Shown in pieces: positions 26,701-36,118 of a stretch of 64,000 nucleotides of DNA; position 1 is the stretch's first letter; each line of letters begins with the position of its first letter. The notes below the pieces were generated by a model. That model was given only the letters and a program-made list of their open reading frames with translations, was not told the DNA's origin and did not search any database. Source of the stretch: an uncultured Spirochaetota bacterium (lineage in GTDB: Bacteria; Spirochaetota; Brevinematia; Brevinematales; JAOACQ01); contig CAWAOD010000010.1 in NCBI GenBank assembly GCA_963783575.1, positions 1 to 64,000 of the forward strand. The letters run 5' to 3'. Made by a program: the position numbers and the translations under genes.

Positions 26701-29700
26701 AACAGCTTTTAGCTGCTTATTTTCTTCTTTAACTTTATACTCTTCTATCACGATATGAGCATTTACACCACCGAAACCAAAAGAGCTGACACCAGCACGG
26801 CGCGGAATTTCATTTTCATTCGAGTCCTTTAATGCAGTCCATTCTCTTTTCTCACTAACAATATAGAACGGGCTTCCTTTAAGCTCAATATAAGGATTAA
26901 TACTTTCACAATGCAAGCTTTTCACCAGTGTTTTATGTTGTAACTGAAGTAAAACTTTAATCACACCGGCTGCCCCAGCCGCCAATTCCAGATGCCCGAT
27001 ATTACTTTTTACTGCCCCTATTCCGCAATGTCCTTCAATAGTTTCCATATTCCCTGTAGTCTCGTAAAGTTCCTTGAAAGCCGTCTTCAATCCTGTGATT
27101 TCAATTGGATCTCCCAACTGAGTCCCTGTCCCATGAGCTTCTATGTAGGTTACCGTCCTTGGATCAATCCCCGCTTTCAGGTAAGCGGTTTTCAGCAATT
27201 CCGCCTGAGCGTTTGGATTGGGCGCTGTTAAAGAATTGGTCCGCCCGCCATGATTCTCTGCCGTACCCCTGATAACACCATAAATATGGTCACCATCCTC
27301 TTCTGCTGCTTTTAACTTTTTTAGGAAAAGCATTCCCACGCCCTCCCCTCTTACATAACCGTTAGCTTGATCTGAAAATGTCTTGCAATGCCCATCCTCA
27401 CAAAGCATACCGGCTTTATTAAAACTGATATGCAGATCTGGATTGATTATCGTATTAATCCCTCCTGCTATCGCCATTGTGCAACCTTCATTTTCAATTG
27501 CGCAAACCGCGCGGTGAATAGCAACCAAGGAGCTTGAGCAAGCGGTCTCTATTGGTTCACTTGGGCCATGCAGGTTGAGAAAATAGCTCATCCGGTTCGG
27601 TCCTACCGAAGGAACAATGCCTGTGGAGGTATACCCTTCTATAACCTTGTCAGCTTTGGATAACATTTCCCCATAACCGCTTTCCGTCGTTCCAATAAAC
27701 ATTCCAGTCCTACTGCCGGAGAGGCTCTCCGCTGAATATCCTGCGTCCTCAATCACCTTCCAGACATATGTCATCAACAATCTCTGCTGAGGGTCCATCA
27801 ATTCGGCTTCTCTCGGCGATATTCCAAAGAATAGCGGATCAAACTCATAAACACCATCAATTAATCCGCCCCATTTTATATTAGACTTATTTTTTTCCCT
27901 AACTGGATCACCATAATACTTCTTCCAATCCCACCGATCTTCAGAAATTTCAATAATACTGTCTTTTTCCTCTACCAGATTATTCCAAAATTCTTTAATA
28001 TCCCTCGCTCCTGGAAATATTCCACTCATCCCAATTATCGCTATCTTTTCCGGTAAGGTTTTATCTGGTTTCTGAGATGATAAAGAAGCCCCACTAATGA
28101 ATTTCTGTCGCAAACTCTTCCTGGTATTCACTTCTTCATTCTCAATTATAACATCCTGAACCTTATTTTTATCAACAGTTTGTATTGAAAACATTTCCTG
28201 ATATTCCGTCCGTAAATATTGCGAAATACCATGGATTGTAGGATATTCAAAGAATATCGTAGGATTGAGTTCAATCCCAAATTCATGATTGATCTCGTTC
28301 GCGAATGCTGTAAATGTGATGGAATCAAATCCATATTCGCCAATTTCGGTATCTATATCAATGTCGCCAGGCTTTACCTTTAAAATTTTGGATACGTCTT
28401 TTATCAAAACTGTATGAACCCTCTCTATCAGTTCTTGATCATTAAACGTCCCGGCTGAAATTGTCTCATACTTACTTTTTCCTGTTTTTAAATTTTCAGG
28501 TAACTGTTTGATAATCAGTTTCTTTCTGATCAAAGCAATATTACCCGCAAGCACAATTAACTGATCTTTATCCAGTAAAATGCTTTTATACAAGGTATCA
28601 ATCCCATGCTCAGTATCCATCGGTGAAATTCCCATCATATTACGCAATATTTTTTCACCTTCAATACCAGCCTGCATTCCCCCGTTTTTCCAAAGAGGCC
28701 AATTCATTGTTATCGTTTTACCAAATCCCCGGCTCTTTGCTGTTTCTTCATTTCTAAACTTCGCGTATGCATCCATAAAACCATTTGCAGCAGAGTAATC
28801 CGCCTGTCCAGGATTTCCCAAAACCCCGGCTATTGATGAAAACAGAATAAATATATCCAACTTCATATTCCTGCTGGCGATATCGAGGTTTACTAAGCCT
28901 TTTACCTTTGGGCTTAACACCTCTTCTGCCTCTTCCCTTCCTTTTTTCAATAAATAACTGTCCCGAAGAACTCCCGCTATATGAATAATACCATTCAGTT
29001 TTTCATACTTTTCCTCTATCCAACGCATTAAATCTTCCACCTCGCTCTTTACTCTACAATCAACTTTCCGGTATTCTACTTTAGCCCCGTTGTTTTCCAA
29101 TTCTTTTATCCACGATTCTTTCTCAGTACTTATACCGGAACGGCCTGTTAGTATTATAGTGGATTCCTTCGTTTTAACCGATATTTCCTTTGCGAATGTT
29201 CTACCGAGTCCGCCTAACCCTCCGGTGATCAGGTAAACTCCCCCCCGTTTCCAGGGAATAACTGATTTATCTTTTGTAATCTCAACTTCCTTCAATTCCT
29301 CTACAAGTCTTTTTCCCTTTTGATATCTTATCCGGTTTTCTCCTGTTCTTACCGCGTTATCTTCCAGGATTTTCAAGATCACTTCTGTGTTTTTATTTCC
29401 ATCCAATTCAATCAACTGACCAATTATCTTTTGATTCTCCAGATGTGCCGTTTTCAATATCCCCGATAACCCGGCAAACATCTGTTTCTCTCCTTCAACG
29501 GTCACAACCGCCTGGATTAGCACCTTTCCACCGGGTTTTCTTTTAATCACTTGCTGGATTTCCTCTATCATTCTCAAGGCATAGTTCTGATAACGTTCCC
29601 CAATTTTCTGTCCCTTTTTATTAGGTTTCAATATGATACAATTCGCCGTTTTTATGCGGGCGTCGATATCTTCCGAGGTAATCCCATCCAGTTCACAAAG

Positions 29701-32700
29701 AAATACTAGATGTTCAACATACTCTGCAATCTCCTTTTCCTTATCCAAGTTTGTTTCCTTCCAAACCGGTTCCAGAATGAGAATCCCGGAGCTTTCAAAT
29801 TTCTCCATCACCCTCACCGCAAGACCTTTAACCCGGACATATACTTTTCCTTTATCGTCACATATGTCTATATCAAACTTACTGCCTTTACCGCCCTGAA
29901 CCGACTTTACAACAGCCCACATCGATTGAATACAGTTTTCCATTATCTCAAGCCCATCTAAAGCAAAGGGAACAACCGCTCCGCCCCCATCAATGCTTAA
30001 AAGGCCCATAACCGCCTGAAAAGCTGAATCCAGCATTGAAGGGTGAAGATTATATTTTCCGGCGTTGACCGTAACTATCTCCGGCATCGTAATCTTTGCC
30101 AATGCCTCATTATCCGCGACAAACAGCAAGTCAATCCCGCGATGCCCTGGGCCATAATCTATACCAAAACCCTTGAAATCTTTGTAACATTCTTCCGATG
30201 ATAATTTCCGTACCCATTTCCTTTTTTGCACAGTTTTTAAATCTATGATAACTTTTTCATTAACATCTCTGAACTCCACTGTTCCCTGGCTATGAACAAT
30301 GCTCTCCTCCTCTTCCCCCCCACTGTAAACCTCGTACATGATTTCTCCCTTCTCACCGGGAATTAATCCAATATTTACCTTCACGGGCTCATTCTCAACT
30401 ACAACCGGCCTAGCCCAAACCACGTTCTTCAACACTATCCCTGGCTTCTTTTCTTTATTGGACACTGCCGCATTTTCTACCGCCGCTCTTGCCATTTCTA
30501 GATAAGCAACTCCCGGAAGCACCTTCCTTCCATTTATCTGATGATCGCTTAAGAAAAACTCCTCACCGGTAAATATAGAACTGTACTTCTGCTCCAAGAA
30601 ATCAGAGGTATTCTTATGCAGTAAAGGATGAATAAAATCTCCATCAAAACCAGCATTGTTATGATACGATTCACAAGAATAGTTTCTATTTCCATAAATC
30701 CAGTAACTTTCTCCATCAAATGGATATGCCGGTAAAGATACACGATAATATTTTTGATCTTTAAATAGCTTATTCCAGTTCAGATTATAGCCAGAAATAT
30801 ATAAATTGGATAATATTAATAATTTTTCTTTATATTCTTCCGATGTGAAATTCTCTGTTAAGGCTAAATCCTCAATAATTTTTTCACCATATTCTTTTAA
30901 TCCATTCAATATAGGTTCATTTTTACTAGAATTCACCCTCTCATTAAGAAATGCATTTTCCGAAGTATTATTCATTACATCTAAAATACTTTGTTTTAAT
31001 TCATCTAAATCCTTCGCAATAAAAGAACATCTGAAAGAAAAATGATCACGACCTGTTGATAATGTATATGCAACATCTTTTGCTGAACAGGAATGACTGT
31101 TTTTATCCAACCAGCCATTGAAATCAATTAATTTTTGTTTCAGGTCTTTTTTAGTCCTTGCTGAAAAATAAAATAAATAATAGGGTTTTAACTCATTGTT
31201 ATTCAATATCTTCTTTGCCGGCGGTTCTTCGATGATGACATGGCAATTTGTACCGCTAAATCCGAAGGAACTCACACCGGCCCTTAAGGGTATACCATCA
31301 TTAGTTTCCCATTTTTTCAACTCAAAATTGAGGAAAAAAGGGCTATCTTTTAAATCAATATGTTCATTAATAAGATTCACAGGAATGGAGGGAGGAATCT
31401 GCCGATATTTCATTGACATTAAGATTTTGAAAACACCAGCAATACCAGCTGTCATAATAGTATGCCCGAAGTTTGGCTTGTGCGACCCAATTACACAAAA
31501 TTGTTTTTTATTCGTAAACATTCGAAATGATTCAGATAACGCTTTAAATTCAATCGGATCGCCAAGTTTAGTTCCTGTACCATGAGCTTCGATATAAGAC
31601 ACCGTTTCCGGATTAATCCCGACCTTTGTATATGTTTGATAAATCAATTCTTTTTGTGACAACATACTCGGTGCAGTTATACCCTTTGTCCTTCCGTCTT
31701 GATTAATTGATGAGCCTTTTATGATCCCATAGATATGGTCCCCGTCTTCAATGGCGGATTCCAGATGTTTTAAAACTAAAGCGCCAACACCTTCCCCAAC
31801 AACAATGCCATTTGCATCATTATCAAAAGATTTACATTTTCCATCCGGTGAAAGCATTTCAGTCTTTGTCGCCATAATTAGAAATTCAGGGGAGCAGATC
31901 ACAAAAACACCGCCCGCAATAGAGATATCAGATTCACCGCTGTTAATGCATTCACAAGCAAGATGCAGTGCAACTAATGATGAGGAACAGGCCGTGTCAA
32001 CAGCCAGGCTTGGCCCCTTCAGATTTAAATAATAAGATAACCTTGCGGCCAAAATCGACATATCAGTGCCTAAAAATGTCTGCGAATTAATCTCCTGCTC
32101 TGATAATGTCATTTCTTTATAATCAGAAGACCGTCCCCCAACAAATACCCCCACCTTTTTGCCAGATAACTGCTCTGAAGAATATCCCGCGTCTTCCAGT
32201 GCTTTATATGCTTCTTCAAGGAATAACCTCTGCTGGGGGTCCATTCTTTCCGCTTCAATGGGAGAAATATTAAAAAATAAAGCGTCAAATTTATCAATAT
32301 TCTCAAGCATCCCGCCCCATTTGCTAATCGATTTGTTTTTCTTCATAGGATCGGAACTATAATAATCCGATTCTTTCCAGCCCTTCCGGTTGATTTCCTT
32401 TATACAGCTATCACCAGATTGCAAGTGGCTCCAGAATTCTTCCATAGTATTCGAACCGGCAAACCTGCCTGAAATACCGATTACAGCTACTCCAGGTATC
32501 TCATTCTTTATTACATTTTCTGTCTCGGAATTATTATTCGTTTTTTTTGCAGAAGACCATTCTTTTGAACCGGAATTGCTCATTGTTTTTTCTTCACTTT
32601 TGATGATCCCATATTGACTAGCTATTTGTTCTGCTAATTCCTTCGCCCCTTTATAATCGAAAACCGCATCCACTCCTAAATCAATACCCAATTTTTGATT

Positions 32701-32853
32701 GACAGCTTCTATCAGGTCAACCGATAAAACTGAGTTGATGCCCAATTCTAAGAAACTCGCTTCTTCTATCAATGAGTTATCCTGAACATTTAATAAACCG
32801 GCAATAATCGCTTTTATCGCATTTTCAATATCCTTAACATCATGAAATATCAT
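20578..32853 (-). CDS. Trans-AT PKS subunit 1 (~4090 aa): ACP-KS-DH-KR-ACP-KS-DH*-KR-ACP-KS-DH
   Basis: Uninterrupted ORF (track start 32868; ATG at 32853 follows GGAG). ACP GINSV and two GFDSI; KS DTACSSS, ETACSSS, NTACSSG, each with HGTGT; DH HQINGRKVLPG and HLVKGQKVLPG; KR GGLGGLG (LRD) and GGCGGLG. No AT domain. Confidence 0.95.
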   Translation of the reverse strand: MIFHDVKDIENAIKAIIAGLLNVQDNSLIEEASFLELGINSVLSVDLIEAVNQKLGIDLGVDAVFDYKGAKELAEQIASQYGIIKSEEKTMSNSGSKEWSSAKKTNNNSETENVIKNEIPGVAVIGISGRFAGSNTMEEFWSHLQSGDSCIKEINRKGWKESDYYSSDPMKKNKSISKWGGMLENIDKFDALFFNISPIEAERMDPQQRLFLEEAYKALEDAGYSSEQLSGKKVGVFVGGRSSDYKEMTLSEQEINSQTFLGTDMSILAARLSYYLNLKGPSLAVDTACSSSLVALHLACECINSGESDISIAGGVFVICSPEFLIMATKTEMLSPDGKCKSFDNDANGIVVGEGVGALVLKHLESAIEDGDHIYGIIKGSSINQDGRTKGITAPSMLSQKELIYQTYTKVGINPETVSYIEAHGTGTKLGDPIEFKALSESFRMFTNKKQFCVIGSHKPNFGHTIMTAGIAGVFKILMSMKYRQIPPSIPVNLINEHIDLKDSPFFLNFELKKWETNDGIPLRAGVSSFGFSGTNCHVIIEEPPAKKILNNNELKPYYLFYFSARTKKDLKQKLIDFNGWLDKNSHSCSAKDVAYTLSTGRDHFSFRCSFIAKDLDELKQSILDVMNNTSENAFLNERVNSSKNEPILNGLKEYGEKIIEDLALTENFTSEEYKEKLLILSNLYISGYNLNWNKLFKDQKYYRVSLPAYPFDGESYWIYGNRNYSCESYHNNAGFDGDFIHPLLHKNTSDFLEQKYSSIFTGEEFFLSDHQINGRKVLPGVAYLEMARAAVENAAVSNKEKKPGIVLKNVVWARPVVVENEPVKVNIGLIPGEKGEIMYEVYSGGEEEESIVHSQGTVEFRDVNEKVIIDLKTVQKRKWVRKLSSEECYKDFKGFGIDYGPGHRGIDLLFVADNEALAKITMPEIVTVNAGKYNLHPSMLDSAFQAVMGLLSIDGGGAVVPFALDGLEIMENCIQSMWAVVKSVQGGKGSKFDIDICDDKGKVYVRVKGLAVRVMEKFESSGILILEPVWKETNLDKEKEIAEYVEHLVFLCELDGITSEDIDARIKTANCIILKPNKKGQKIGERYQNYALRMIEEIQQVIKRKPGGKVLIQAVVTVEGEKQMFAGLSGILKTAHLENQKIIGQLIELDGNKNTEVILKILEDNAVRTGENRIRYQKGKRLVEELKEVEITKDKSVIPWKRGGVYLITGGLGGLGRTFAKEISVKTKESTIILTGRSGISTEKESWIKELENNGAKVEYRKVDCRVKSEVEDLMRWIEEKYEKLNGIIHIAGVLRDSYLLKKGREEAEEVLSPKVKGLVNLDIASRNMKLDIFILFSSIAGVLGNPGQADYSAANGFMDAYAKFRNEETAKSRGFGKTITMNWPLWKNGGMQAGIEGEKILRNMMGISPMDTEHGIDTLYKSILLDKDQLIVLAGNIALIRKKLIIKQLPENLKTGKSKYETISAGTFNDQELIERVHTVLIKDVSKILKVKPGDIDIDTEIGEYGFDSITFTAFANEINHEFGIELNPTIFFEYPTIHGISQYLRTEYQEMFSIQTVDKNKVQDVIIENEEVNTRKSLRQKFISGASLSSQKPDKTLPEKIAIIGMSGIFPGARDIKEFWNNLVEEKDSIIEISEDRWDWKKYYGDPVREKNKSNIKWGGLIDGVYEFDPLFFGISPREAELMDPQQRLLMTYVWKVIEDAGYSAESLSGSRTGMFIGTTESGYGEMLSKADKVIEGYTSTGIVPSVGPNRMSYFLNLHGPSEPIETACSSSLVAIHRAVCAIENEGCTMAIAGGINTIINPDLHISFNKAGMLCEDGHCKTFSDQANGYVRGEGVGMLFLKKLKAAEEDGDHIYGVIRGTAENHGGRTNSLTAPNPNAQAELLKTAYLKAGIDPRTVTYIEAHGTGTQLGDPIEITGLKTAFKELYETTGNMETIEGHCGIGAVKSNIGHLELAAGAAGVIKVLLQLQHKTLVKSLHCESINPYIELKGSPFYIVSEKREWTALKDSNENEIPRRAGVSSFGFGGVNAHIVIEEYKVKEENKQLKAVLDNPALIVLSAKNEEKLKEMVKSLAEAIESEDFSDNRLIEIAYTLQVGREAMEDRLGFTAGTIQELKEKLTLYLKGDHEAENIYIGQVKKNKETISMLMADEDIQKAIESWIGKKKYIKILELWVKGLNFDWNRLYEGKKPDRISLPSYPFSREIYRIDVSGENNRYAASQIKYIHPLVQENTSDLTEQRFSSVFNGDEIFFSGNRVNGNKVLLEAAYLEMARAAVTFASKPMIGDKKGIRLKNYFWANPLTVGDKAIKVNISLIPEEDRGLSFEIYSEKEGGEFVVYGHGMAEINGSNEEKIIDLKALQEKKWDKTLSLEKCNEALLNVRITYDPGNCGIETVYIGDSEALVKLTIPAPFTNNTGESVAQTLMLDAAFYAVIYWQKGESRADGMHPFVMEEMELMRDCLKSMWAVLKKRVENGSNQFDIDLCDNNGRIYISLRGLQLRESMEVLPNLSIGNSIQTIIKNDKDENDSIMTFEEVWQESEIQETTNKEIKRIVCFLSKDENQQEAMDFIRMLGQNTDVIFINDGKAFQRKNKVEYSVKANDPGAFKEAFENIRKESGEVDVIIYLWPIEKRSYIKDYSCIVYILQGAAAAGLRPERYILGGRIKNGLDRCFLESWIGFERSIGIMMPSVRITGVFEDSNSQAGELSIKGWMERVWQELKAAKGRSAFYSHGKRQVCCIRQINVNSGNDIIKRKGTYLITGGCGGLGFLFAEYLAKTKSVNLILTGRSKINENIKKKIRLLEESGSQVLYRDADVCDAARMKEVYSEANNLFGGIQGIIHAAGIPGADNILSKDMKDFQKVIDPKVKGTLVLDEIIQDDSIDFICYFSSSAAVLGDFGSCDYAIGNRYQMSYAGYRNQLKKKGRRKGDAIVINWPLWREGGMRLGKPETTSMYIKSSGQRLLEKEEGIALFEKLLAQKNAHYLVLAGQKERVLSFISNIEDPSKPILNKVEHLELKKIGTGILSLSLERNLEWELIEQISQILKINRENIGKEENLAEFGFDSISLGEFAHVLNRHFNLEITPAVFFGYSTVSKLTGYLLQEYREQINTFYSSYAVEEIKNTNNSGKNTKNLLEKRRPRFAFNNPGRKDQESIAIIGMSGRFPDSWNIEDMWHILSEGINTVKEYPQNRLNEVDKFKWKCGCIPGVDEFDPLFFEISPREAEVMDPRQRLLLEESWKALEDAGYGLNQIKKNKMGMFVGVEHDEILNHQQYPSDETNMTSNHEGVLAARLAYFLDFNGPVMAINTACSSGLVAAHQACLSLNSGECDTAIAAGIHLMLRKDLFESMNQADVLSQDAKCYTFDKRANGLAAGEAVVAVVLKKLSRAERDGDPIYAVIRSSGINYDGKTNGIMAPSGVAQGELLKTVYEKGKVNPEDIEYVITHGTGTKLGDPVEVNALNKVFKTYTKKQEYCALTSNKTNFGHTFAASGLVSLINMVQAFRYKTIPASLHFEQENEFIQWVESPFYVNKSNKLWTDRNGKRRIGAISAFGMSGTNAHMVLESYSEEHSYDDELPYYLMVLSAKNLESLKTKITDMAIFLEKKDWNIKNMGRLCYTLFEGRQHFNERIAIVVRDCAEAINTLKKYIENHKLPNLFYGKISFNFNGQKAIEQYINELILQVRSMRNNTESCQEKLFALAEFYCQGYNIPWSGMYIEKEPERMNLPTYPFSKEKYQVIGEERKQIGHTAFSRCIHPLLHENTSVLKEQRYNTEFTGREFFLTDHLVKGQKVLPGAVYLEMARAAVEAAAEKTAGYVVCLKNIVWIRPFIVEEKPVKINIRLVPGENSEILFEFYSGNNPAETVIHSQGTAEIIQVKEEFLINIDDLQNRQWQEVISAEECYEEFCKTGIVYGIGHQGIKIIYISEGILLAKLEMPPTVIHSSDGFILHPSILDSAMQAAIGLKIIEGEIEAIMQFSIDRVEIISTCVPSMWAILKYNESEKIKKFDIDLCDDKGRGCVRIKGLSLRSINAEGKHTNQFFNSEDVRDITLPVRDSEMSINSLLSLVKNGSIDIQSADQLLNELSIFEEIHGNNIESL

Positions 32854-32868
32854 ATACAATTTCTCCAA

Positions 32869-33690
32869 TTACATTATCTTTTCACCATAACACATAAACA
32901 ATTGCCGGACGATCGCATGTGTCCCGCTTTTCAGCATATCTCGCCATTCTATAGATATTTTAGCCAGGGCTTTACTGGACAAATAACCATCCTTAACCAA
33001 TTTTGAGGGTATGCCTATCCCTTCAGATTTCTGGAATATTTCTTCTCCCAAAATCTCGCTATGAGCGCTAATAATTTCAAAATCAATATGAGAAAAACCG
33101 CCCTTTTTTAGGATAACGGGCAGTTCCCTTCCAATTTTTGGGTTTCCACCTTCAGCATATCTCGACTCACAATAAGCATCATAGAGATCTCTCAACATTA
33201 AAATTTGAGGATAGGTCATAATATGCATTTCAAAATCATTATCAATAAAAATGGCTTTCCCACCCGGTTTCAATATCCGGTATACTTCCCGGATTGCGCC
33301 AACCGGATCAGGCAAGTGTTCCAATAATAACCGAATAATAGCAAAATCAAAGGTATTATCCTCTAAACCTGTTTCCATAATCGATTTCTGAATAATTTTA
33401 AATCTATCATATTTCTTTTCTTTCAAATAGTTGTTAGCGTAATCAACGAGTATCGGCTCTATCTCGACTGAGGTTATATTCATGTTTTTAAACTTATCCA
33501 TCAAATTCTTAGTAATAAAACCAGGACCGGACCCAAGCTCAACTAAAACCATACCATCCTTTAACCCATACTCGATATAATGCTTTAATTCTTTACCCCA
33601 AAATAAATCCACCTGGGACTTTAGCCTCTCAATTTCCTTATTAATACTACTAGCGATTGTTTTAATTTGGTACGAACCCGGATTATTCAT
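32869..33690 (-). CDS. Class I SAM-dependent methyltransferase
   Basis: Motif I LVELGSGPG, FDFAIIRLLLEH, RILKPGGKAIFID; abuts the PKS subunit 1 start. Confidence 0.88.
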   Translation of the reverse strand: MNNPGSYQIKTIASSINKEIERLKSQVDLFWGKELKHYIEYGLKDGMVLVELGSGPGFITKNLMDKFKNMNITSVEIEPILVDYANNYLKEKKYDRFKIIQKSIMETGLEDNTFDFAIIRLLLEHLPDPVGAIREVYRILKPGGKAIFIDNDFEMHIMTYPQILMLRDLYDAYCESRYAEGGNPKIGRELPVILKKGGFSHIDFEIISAHSEILGEEIFQKSEGIGIPSKLVKDGYLSSKALAKISIEWRDMLKSGTHAIVRQLFMCYGEKIM

Positions 33691-33709
33691 TTTTATTCAT
33701 CCCCTCGTT

Positions 33710-34491
33710 TTAATTCATATTTCCATTTAAAAAAGAAAGAATTTGATCGGCCGCTATAATCCAATTGGGATCCAGCATCATATCATGGGAAATATCAGGA
33801 AAAATAACCGGATTTGTATTGTAAACTCGCCCTATTCCGATGATTCTTTTTTCTGGCAGTAGCCAGTCTTTTCTGCTCCCAAGAATTAATATTGGTAATG
33901 TTGTAATTAAAGCCTCAGGCACTATTCTTTTCAAAGATTCCATTATGACAAGGTTGGATTCAGGTTGTAGCTGCCAGGTATATTTTTCTCTTTTTTCAAC
34001 CGACAGTTTTTTAGAAAAAAAACTCCTGTCGGAAAACTAATATTTTTACCCTGATTAAATAAATAGGCTTGTACGATCTTCTTAAAATGAATAAAAAATA
34101 ACCGAATAAAATCTTTCATCATACCTTCAGGTGGAAGAGGTGCCATTAAAACAATCGCCTTTATCTTATCCTGATGAAATTGTAATAGCTTTTGAACAAT
34201 CCCTCCGCCCAGAGAATGCCCAATTAAAACCGGTTTTTCGTTCATACTTTTCATAACATTAAGAACATCCAGCATATAATGATTGATTGTATAAGAATGA
34301 AGATCATTATACCCGGTGCTGTTTCCATGACCCCGTAAACTGAGAGCATAGGATGGAAAACCTTTAGATGAGAAATAGGGAAGAAAATTCTCCTTCCAGC
34401 ACCATGCCCCATGATTGATACCATGGATGAATAATAAAGAAGATTTCTTCGATTCTTTCTTGGGTAAATCTTTTATTACTTCCAATCCCAT
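33710..34491 (-). CDS. Alpha/beta-fold hydrolase (possible thioesterase/esterase), frameshifted at a T8 run
   Basis: LLFIHG, SLRGHGNS, nucleophile GHSLG in ORF 33943..34557; acid/His region (GSRKD, SHDMMLD) in ORF 33710..33943. One extra T in the run at 34015-34022 joins them. Likely start ATG at 34491. Confidence 0.85.
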
Positions 34492-34569
34492 ATATTCCCA
34501 ACCCTTTTTCATCATACACTGGAGAATTTTTAAATTTACAAAAGGATAATTAATCACTACTTCTTTAAT

Positions 34570-36117
34570 CTAAACGATTTCATTATGGAAACGGTTAAAT
34601 CGTTGATTGAGAATATCTGCGGTTTCATTTAATAGCTTTAACGCTATTTCATCCACATGCCTATTCCTCCAGTTTTCTAAATCAGTTCCTTTAACCCATT
34701 GATTAAATGCCCCTAAAGAAGGTCCGCAATGGATTTGATAATCGACTTTACTTTCCTCGCTGCCGGTAAGTGCAAGTTGAGTAGAATATCCAAAATACCA
34801 TCTAAAAATGATAGCCATTTTCATCTTTGGATTCTTTTCCGCTTTTTCAATTTCATTGGAATCTTGAGATTTAAAATAGGCTTTACAATCTTCATATATA
34901 CTGCTAAAACTTTTTTTAAAGTACTTTTCTTGTATCTGCGTTTTCGTCTTTTCATCAATCTCTTCCAGTGAATTGTATTGTCTGTAAAGATCATACAACT
35001 TGTTTGCCCTAGCCGGAAAAAACAAACCTTTTTTTAAAACCTGGACTTTAGCCCCGATTTCAAACATATCTCCAGCCGGAGCATAGTCTGTATCTTGAAC
35101 GTTCATCTGCTGAAGTAAATCTTTTGCTGCATCGCTCGTCCCTGCCTCAACGGTACATTGGTTTATTGATCCAGTGGTAATAAAGTCGGCTCCCAGAATA
35201 AAAGCTGCCGCAGCAGCCTCGGGAGTTCCAATCCCTCCAGCCGCTCCAATGTGAACTTTTTTTTGATTCGGATATTTTTTCATCATATCATCGCGCAGTT
35301 TAATCATAGCTGGCATTAATACATAAGCGATACCACCGTCTGTATGCCCTCCTGAATCAGCCTCAACACAAATATCATCCGCAATGGGAATTTCTTTTGA
35401 CAACTCGGCTTCTTCCTTTGTTATTTTATTTTCAGTTAAGAGTTTATTCAGAATCTGCTCGGACGCAGGGTTTAAAAAAAATTCTGCCACTTCCGGCCTT
35501 GACAATTTTGCAATAATCTTATTCGAAGAAGTTATCCTTCCAGATTGATCTTTTGATAACCCCTTTGCATGATATTTGACTAAAGCCGGAGTAACCATTA
35601 AATAAGCAGAAGCTTCAACATTCTTTACCCCATATTTTAGATAAAGGTCAACTGTTTTTTCTTCCATACTGGGATTATTTGGATTATGCAATAAGTTCAA
35701 TCCATAGGACTGACCGCCGGCAAGTTCTTTCTGTAAATATTGAATTGCATCTTCAATCTCGGATAGATTCATACCGCCTGTCCCAAGGAAACCCATCATA
35801 CCGGCTTTACCCATTTTTACAACCATTTGCTTTGATGCTATTCCGCGAACCATGCTCCCGGTAATATAGGGATATTTCAGACAGTATTCATTCTTAAAGT
35901 CTTGATCACCCAGAGAAGCAGCTGTTATACCCATTACTTTGGGAACTGGTATCATTTCACTTTGCATGAATTGTTTGTCCTGATTTTTTTCTACAACATC
36001 CGTAACATTCTGTTTTATTTTCACGGATTCGGAATTAACATCATTAATATCTTGGATATTTCTCATTTCTTTTTTAGCGCCTTCTATCATATCCTTCAGA
36101 ATTTCTGACCGTTTCAT
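34570..36117 (-). CDS. Trans-acting enoylreductase (PfaD/FabK-like, PksE C-terminal type) with ~60 aa unrelated N-terminal extension
   Basis: [60 protein letters not shown] at 36117 has RBS GGAGG and sits 1 nt after the parA stop. Confidence 0.92.
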   Translation of the reverse strand: MKRSEILKDMIEGAKKEMRNIQDINDVNSESVKIKQNVTDVVEKNQDKQFMQSEMIPVPKVMGITAASLGDQDFKNEYCLKYPYITGSMVRGIASKQMVVKMGKAGMMGFLGTGGMNLSEIEDAIQYLQKELAGGQSYGLNLLHNPNNPSMEEKTVDLYLKYGVKNVEASAYLMVTPALVKYHAKGLSKDQSGRITSSNKIIAKLSRPEVAEFFLNPASEQILNKLLTENKITKEEAELSKEIPIADDICVEADSGGHTDGGIAYVLMPAMIKLRDDMMKKYPNQKKVHIGAAGGIGTPEAAAAAFILGADFITTGSINQCTVEAGTSDAAKDLLQQMNVQDTDYAPAGDMFEIGAKVQVLKKGLFFPARANKLYDLYRQYNSLEEIDEKTKTQIQEKYFKKSFSSIYEDCKAYFKSQDSNEIEKAEKNPKMKMAIIFRWYFGYSTQLALTGSEESKVDYQIHCGPSLGAFNQWVKGTDLENWRNRHVDEIALKLLNETADILNQRFNRFHNEIV

Positions 36118-36118
36118 T

